This document shows, piece by piece, positions 57,531 to 64,000 of a stretch of 64,000 nucleotides of DNA. Position 1 is the first letter of the stretch, and the number at the start of each line of letters is the position of its first letter. Source of the stretch: Auanema rhodensis (Eukaryota > Animalia > Nematoda); contig OZ059900.1 of the NCBI GenBank assembly GCA_964057225.1, forward strand, positions 19,406,001 through 19,470,000. The letters are read 5' to 3'. Under the pieces are notes generated by a model. The model was given only the letters and a program-made list of their open reading frames with translations. It was not told the DNA's origin and ran no database searches. Position numbers and translations under genes: made by a program.

Positions 57531-60500
57531 TTCATTGACATTGCATGAGTTTGAACACATGAAATCGTAAGTCAAAACCTTGTTTACAGCGAAATTTCCA
57601 AAAACTGGTTTTCCAGCATAATAAAATATTTCTCATGGGAAATACTGTGTTTTTGTATTTTTCTAGTGTTCAGCATGTAAAATGCTTCATTTTAGTATGT
57701 AACACGCTGAAATTCGTTGCATTTGACTACTCATATGAACAAAAATCGATTTAATCAATATTAGCCATAAGGGGCGTGCCCTCAGAATATGCTAATTTCC
57801 TTAATTTTCTAACCCCTGTTTTTTTGTCGTGAAAGTGGAACTAGACGTTGTACAAACAATTTTGAGCTAGGTTTCATTGACATTGCATGACTTTGAACAC
57901 ATGAAATCGTAAGTCAAAACCTTGTTTACAGCGAAATTTCCAAAAACTGGTTTTCCAGCATAATAAAATATTTCTCATGAGAAATACTGTGTTTTTGTAT
58001 TTTTCTAGTGTTCAGCATGTAAAATGCTTCATTTTAGTATGTAACACGCTGAAATTCGTTGCATTTGACGACTCATATGAACAAAAATCGATTTAATCAA
58101 TATTAGCCATAAGGGGCGTGCCCTCAGAATATGCTAATTTCCTTAATTTTCTAACCCCGGTTTTTTTGTCGTGAAAGTGGAACTAGACGTTGTAGGAACA
58201 ATTTTGAGCTAGGTTTCATTGACATTGCATGAGTTTGAACACATGAAATCGTAAGTCAAAACCTTGTTTACAGCGAAATTTCCAAAAACTGGTTTTCCAG
58301 CATAATAAAATATTTCTCATGGGAAATACTGTGTTTTTGTATTTTTCTAGTGTTCAGCATGTGAAATGCTTCATTTTAGTATGTAACACGCTGAAATTCG
58401 TTGCATTTGACTACTCATATGAACAAAAATCGATTTAATCAATATTAGCCATAAGGGGCGTGCCCTCAGAATATGCTAATTTCCTTAATTTTCTAACCCC
58501 TGTTTTTTTGTCGTGAAAGTGGAACTAGACGTTGTAGGAACAATTTTGAGCTAGGTTTCATTGACATTGCATGAGTTTGAACACATGAAATCGTAAGTCA
58601 AAACCTTGTTTACAGCGAAATTTCCAAAAACTGGTTTTCCAGCATAATAAAATATTTCTCATGGGAAATACTGTGTTTTTGTATTTTTCTAGTGTTCAGC
58701 ATGTGAAATGCTTCATTTTAGTATGTAACACGCTGAAATTCGTTGCATTTGACGACTCATATGAACAAAAATCGATTTAATCAATATTAGCCATAAGGGG
58801 CGTGCCCTCAGAATATGCTAATTTCCTTAATTTTCTAACCCCGGTTTTTTTGTCGTGAAAGTGGAATTAGACGTTGTAGGAACAATTTTGAGCTAGGTTT
58901 CATTGACATTGCATGAGTTTGAACACATGAAATCGTAAGTCAAAACCTTGTTTACAGCGAAATTTCCAAAAACTGGTTTTCCAGCATAATAAAATATTTC
59001 TCATGGGAAATACTGTGTTTTTGTATTTTTCTAGTGTTCAGCATGTAAAATGTTTCATTTTAGTATGTAACACGCTGAAATTCGTTGCATTTGACGACTC
59101 ATATGAACAAAAATCGATTTAATCAATATTAGCCATAAGGGGCGTGCCCTCAGAATATGCTAATTTCCTTAATTTTCTAACCCCTGTTTTTTTGTCGTGA
59201 AAGTGGAACTAGACGTTGTAGGAACAATTTTGAGCTAGGTTTCATTGACATTGCATGAGTTTGAACACATGAAATCGTAAGTCAAAACCTTGTTTACAGC
59301 GAAATTTCCAAAAACTGGTTTTCCAGCATAATAAAATATTTCTCATGGGAAATACTGTGTTTTTGTATTTTTCTAGTGTTCAGCATGTAAAATGCTTCAT
59401 TTTAGTATGTAACACGCTGAAATTCGTTGCATTTGACGACTCATATGAACAAAAATCGATTTAATCAATATTAGCCATAAGGGGCGTGCCCTCAGAATAT
59501 GCTAATTTCCTTAATTTTCTAACCCCTGTTTTTTTGTCGTGAAAGTGGAATTAGACGTTGTAGGAACAATTTTGAGCTAGGTTTCATTGACATTGCATGA
59601 GTTTGAACGCATGAAATCGTAAGTCAAAACCTTGTTTACAGCGAAATTTCCAAAAACTGGTTTTCCAGCATAATAAAATATTTCTCATGGGAAATACTGT
59701 GTTTTTGTATTTTTATAGTGTTCAGCATGTAAAATGCTTCATTTTAGTATGTAACACGCTGAAATTCGTTGCATTTGACGACTCATATGAACAAAAATCG
59801 ATTTAATCAATATTAGCCATAAGGGGCGTGCCCTCAGAATATGCTAATTTCCTTAATTTTCTAACCCCGGTTTTTTTGTCGTGAAAGTGGAATTAGACGT
59901 TGTAGGAACAATTTTGAGCTAGGTTTCATTGACATTGCATGAGTTTGAACACATGAAATCGTAAGTCAAAACCTTGTTTACAGCGAAATTTCCAAAAACT
60001 GGTTTTCCAGCATAATAAAATATTTCTCATGGGAAATACTGTGTTTTTGTATTTTTCTAGTGTTCAGCATGTAAAATGCTTCATTTTAGTATGTAACACG
60101 CTGAAATTCGTTGCATTTGACTACTCATATGAACAAAAATCGATTTAATCAATATTAGCCATAAGGGGCGTGCCCTCAGAATATGCTAATTTCCTTAATT
60201 TTCTAACCCCTGTTTTTTTGTCGTGAAAGTGGAACTAGACGTTGTAGGAACAATTTTGAGCTAGGTTTCATTGACATTGCATGAGTTTGAACACATGAAA
60301 TCGTAAGTCAAAACCTTGTTTACAGCGAAATTTCCAAAAACTGGTTTTCCAGCATAATAAAATATTTCTCATGGGAAATACTGTGTTTTTGTATTTTTCT
60401 AGTGTTCAGCATGTAAAATGCTTCATTTTAGTATGTAACACGCTGAAATTCGTTGCATTTGACTACTCATATGAACAAAAATCGATTTAATCAATATTAG

Positions 60501-61976
60501 CCATAAGGGGCGTGCCCTCAGAATATGCTAATTTCCTTAATTTTCTAACCCCTGTTTTTTTGTCGTGAAAGTGGAACTAGACGTTGTACAAACAATTTTG
60601 AGCTAGGTTTCATTGACATTGCATGACTTTGAACACATGAAATCGTAAGTCAAAACCTTGTTTACAGCGAAATTTCCAAAAACTGGTTTTCCAGCATAAT
60701 AAAATATTTCTCATGAGAAATACTGTGTTTTTGTATTTTTCTAGTGTTCAGCATGTAAAATGCTTCATTTTAGTATGTAACACGCTGAAATTCGTTGCAT
60801 TTGACTACTCATATGAACAAAAATCGATTTAATCAATATTAGCCATAAGGGGCGTGCCCTCAGAATATGCTAATTTCCTTAATTTTCTAACCCCTGTTTT
60901 TTTGTCGTGAAAGTGGAACTAGACGTTGTACAAACAATTTTGAGCTAGGTTTCATTGACATTGCATGACTTTGAACACATGAAATCGTAAGTCAAAACCT
61001 TGTTTACAGCGAAATTTCCAAAAACTGGTTTTCCAGCATAATAAAATATTTCTCATGAGAAATACTGTGTTTTTGTATTTTTCTAGTGTTCAGCATGTAA
61101 AATGCTTCATTTTAGTATGTAACACGCTGAAATTCGTTGCATTTGACGACTCATATGAACAAAAATCGATTTAATCAATATTAGCCATAAGGGGCGTGCC
61201 CTCAGAATATGCTAATTTCCTTAATTTTCTAACCCCGGTTTTTTTGTCGTGAAAGTGGAACTAGACGTTGTAGGAACAATTTTGAGCTAGGTTTCATTGA
61301 CATTGCATGAGTTTGAACACATGAAATCGTAAGTCAAAACCTTGTTTACAGCGAAATTTCCAAAAACTGGTTTTCCAGCATAATAAAATATTTCTCATGG
61401 GAAATACTGTGTTTTTGTATTTTTCTAGTGTTCAGCATGTAAAATGCTTCATTTTAGTATGTAACACGCTGAAATTCGTTGCATTTGACTACTCATATGA
61501 ACAAAAATCGATTTAATCAATATTAGCCATAAGGGGCGTGCCCTCAGAATATGCTAATTTCCTTAATTTTCTAACCCCTGTTTTTTTGTCGTGAAAGTGG
61601 AACTAGACGTTGTAGGAACAATTTTGAGCTAGGTTTCATTGACATTGCATGAGTTTGAACACATGAAATCGTAAGTCAAAACCTTGTTTACAGCGAAATT
61701 TCCAAAAACTGGTTTTCCAGCATAATAAAATATTTCTCATGGGAAATACTGTGTTTTTGTATTTTTCTAGTGTTCAGCATGTGAAATGCTTCATTTTAGT
61801 ATGTAACACGCTGAAATTCGTTGCATTTGACTACTCATATGAACAAAAATCGATTTAATCAATATTAGCCATAAGGGGCGTGCCCTCAGAATATGCTAAT
61901 TTCCTTAATTTTCTAACCCCTGTTTTTTTGTCGTGAAAGTGGAACTAGACGTTGTAGGAACAATTTTGAGCTAGGT

Positions 61977-64000
61977 TTCATTGACATTGCATGAGTTTGA
62001 ACACATGAAATCGTAAGTCAAAACCTTGTTTACAGCGAAATTTCCAAAAACTGGTTTTCCAGCATAATAAAATATTTCTCATGGGAAATACTGTGTTTTT
62101 GTATTTTTCTAGTGTTCAGCATGTGAAATGCTTCATTTTAGTATGTAACACGCTGAAATTCGTTGCATTTGACGACTCATATGAACAAAAATCGATTTAA
62201 TCAATATTAGCCATAAGGGGCGTGCCCTCAGAATATGCTAATTTCCTTAATTTTCTAACCCCGGTTTTTTTGTCGTGAAAGTGGAATTAGACGTTGTAGG
62301 AACAATTTTGAGCTAGGTTTCATTGACATTGCATGAGTTTGAACACATGAAATCGTAAGTCAAAACCTTGTTTACAGCGAAATTTCCAAAAACTGGTTTT
62401 CCAGCATAATAAAATATTTCTCATGGGAAATACTGTGTTTTTGTATTTTTCTAGTGTTCAGCATGTAAAATGTTTCATTTTAGTATGTAACACGCTGAAA
62501 TTCGTTGCATTTGACGACTCATATGAACAAAAATCGATTTAATCAATATTAGCCATAAGGGGCGTGCCCTCAGAATATGCTAATTTCCTTAATTTTCTAA
62601 CCCCTGTTTTTTTGTCGTGAAAGTGGAACTAGACGTTGTAGGAACAATTTTGAGCTAGGTTTCATTGACATTGCATGAGTTTGAACACATGAAATCGTAA
62701 GTCAAAACCTTGTTTACAGCGAAATTTCCAAAAACTGGTTTTCCAGCATAATAAAATATTTCTCATGGGAAATACTGTGTTTTTGTATTTTTCTAGTGTT
62801 CAGCATGTAAAATGCTTCATTTTAGTATGTAACACGCTGAAATTCGTTGCATTTGACGACTCATATGAACAAAAATCGATTTAATCAATATTAGCCATAA
62901 GGGGCGTGCCCTCAGAATATGCTAATTTCCTTAATTTTCTAACCCCTGTTTTTTTGTCGTGAAAGTGGAATTAGACGTTGTAGGAACAATTTTGAGCTAG
63001 GTTTCATTGACATTGCATGAGTTTGAACACATGAAATCGTAAGTCAAAACCTTGTTTACAGCGAAATTTCCAAAAACTGGTTTTCCAGCATAATAAAATA
63101 TTTCTCATGGGAAATACTGTGTTTTTGTATTTTTCTAGTGTTCAGCATGTGAAATGCTTCATTTTAGTATGTAACACGCTGAAATTCGTTGCATTTGACG
63201 ACTCATATGAACAAAAATCGATTTAATCAATATTAGCCATAAGGGGCGTGCCCTCAGAATATGCTAATTTCCTTAATTTTCTAACCCCGGTTTTTTTGTC
63301 GTGAAAGTGGAATTAGACGTTGTAGGAACAATTTTGAGCTAGGTTTCATTGACATTGCATGAGTTTGAACACATGAAATCGTAAGTCAAAACCTTGTTTA
63401 CAGCGAAATTTCCAAAAACTGGTTTTCCAGCATAATAAAATATTTCTCATGGGAAATACTGTGTTTTTGTATTTTTCTAGTGTTCAGCATGTAAAATGTT
63501 TCATTTTAGTATGTAACACGCTGAAATTCGTTGCATTTGACGACTCATATGAACAAAAATCGATTTAATCAATATTAGCCATAAGGGGCGTGCCCTCAGA
63601 ATATGCTAATTTCCTTAATTTTCTAACCCCTGTTTTTTTGTCGTGAAAGTGGAACTAGACGTTGTAGGAACAATTTTGAGCTAGGTTTCATTGACATTGC
63701 ATGAGTTTGAACACATGAAATCGTAAGTCAAAACCTTGTTTACAGCGAAATTTCCAAAAACTGGTTTTCCAGCATAATAAAATATTTCTCATGGGAAATA
63801 CTGTGTTTTTGTATTTTTCTAGTGTTCAGCATGTAAAATGCTTCATTTTAGTATGTAACACGCTGAAATTCGTTGCATTTGACGACTCATATGAACAAAA
63901 ATCGATTTAATCAATATTAGCCATAAGGGGCGTGCCCTCAGAATATGCTAATTTCCTTAATTTTCTAACCCCTGTTTTTTTGTCGTGAAAGTGGAATTAG
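61977..64000 (+). repeat. 3-monomer unit (1026 bp) repeated twice at the window end; earlier copy at 58557-59582
   Basis: A GTGAAATG+CCCCGG monomer, then an ATGTTTC monomer, then a near-consensus GAATTAG monomer, starting at 58557, 61977 and 63003. Confidence 0.8.

Larger units (their letters stand above)
1..64000. repeat. Tandem satellite DNA array, 342-bp monomer, ~188 head-to-tail copies, open at both window edges; probably (peri)centromeric or heterochromatic
   Basis: TTCATTGACATTGCATGAG recurs at 1, 343, 685, 1027 ... 63687 with period 342. Some monomers are 340, 341, 343, 349 or 281 bp. No non-repeat sequence seen. The centromeric role is inference only. Confidence 0.99.

Noticed and set aside
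1-64000. CRISPR array or other repeat-spacer system
   Set aside because: There are no unique spacers or variable cassettes; the full 342 bp is repeated and no cas or other genes are present.
1-64000. Whole array as an assembly or synthetic artefact
   Set aside because: Variants are hierarchically shared and region-specific, as expected of real duplication history. Local copy numbers still need read support.

Overview
The whole 64-kb window is one uninterrupted head-to-tail tandem array of an AT-rich satellite with a 342-bp monomer (about 34% GC, hand count). It holds roughly 188 monomers, all in the same orientation, most differing from consensus by only a few bases. I see no genes, RNA genes, transposons, CRISPR spacers, inversions or unique sequence, and the two 61-aa ORFs are by-products of a single A>T change in the monomer. 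The window looks like eukaryotic (peri)centromeric or heterochromatic satellite DNA; that is inference, and I do not recognise the family or organism. I found no novel gene-based system. The interesting content is architectural. (1) Shared variants define local, successively replaced higher-order repeats (HORs) of 3, 4, 6, 8/9 and 10 monomers, plus a multi-kb duplication. (2) A 281-bp deletion monomer occurs four times. (3) A more mutated zone at ~33.6-37.3 kb separates two variant domains. (4) A 22-kb right-hand domain keeps exact 342-bp phase. (5) One monomer appears to have been copied in from about 11 kb or more away. (6) The monomer is dense in dyads, including an 18-bp near-palindrome that becomes perfect in some copies. 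All alignments and counts were done by eye.
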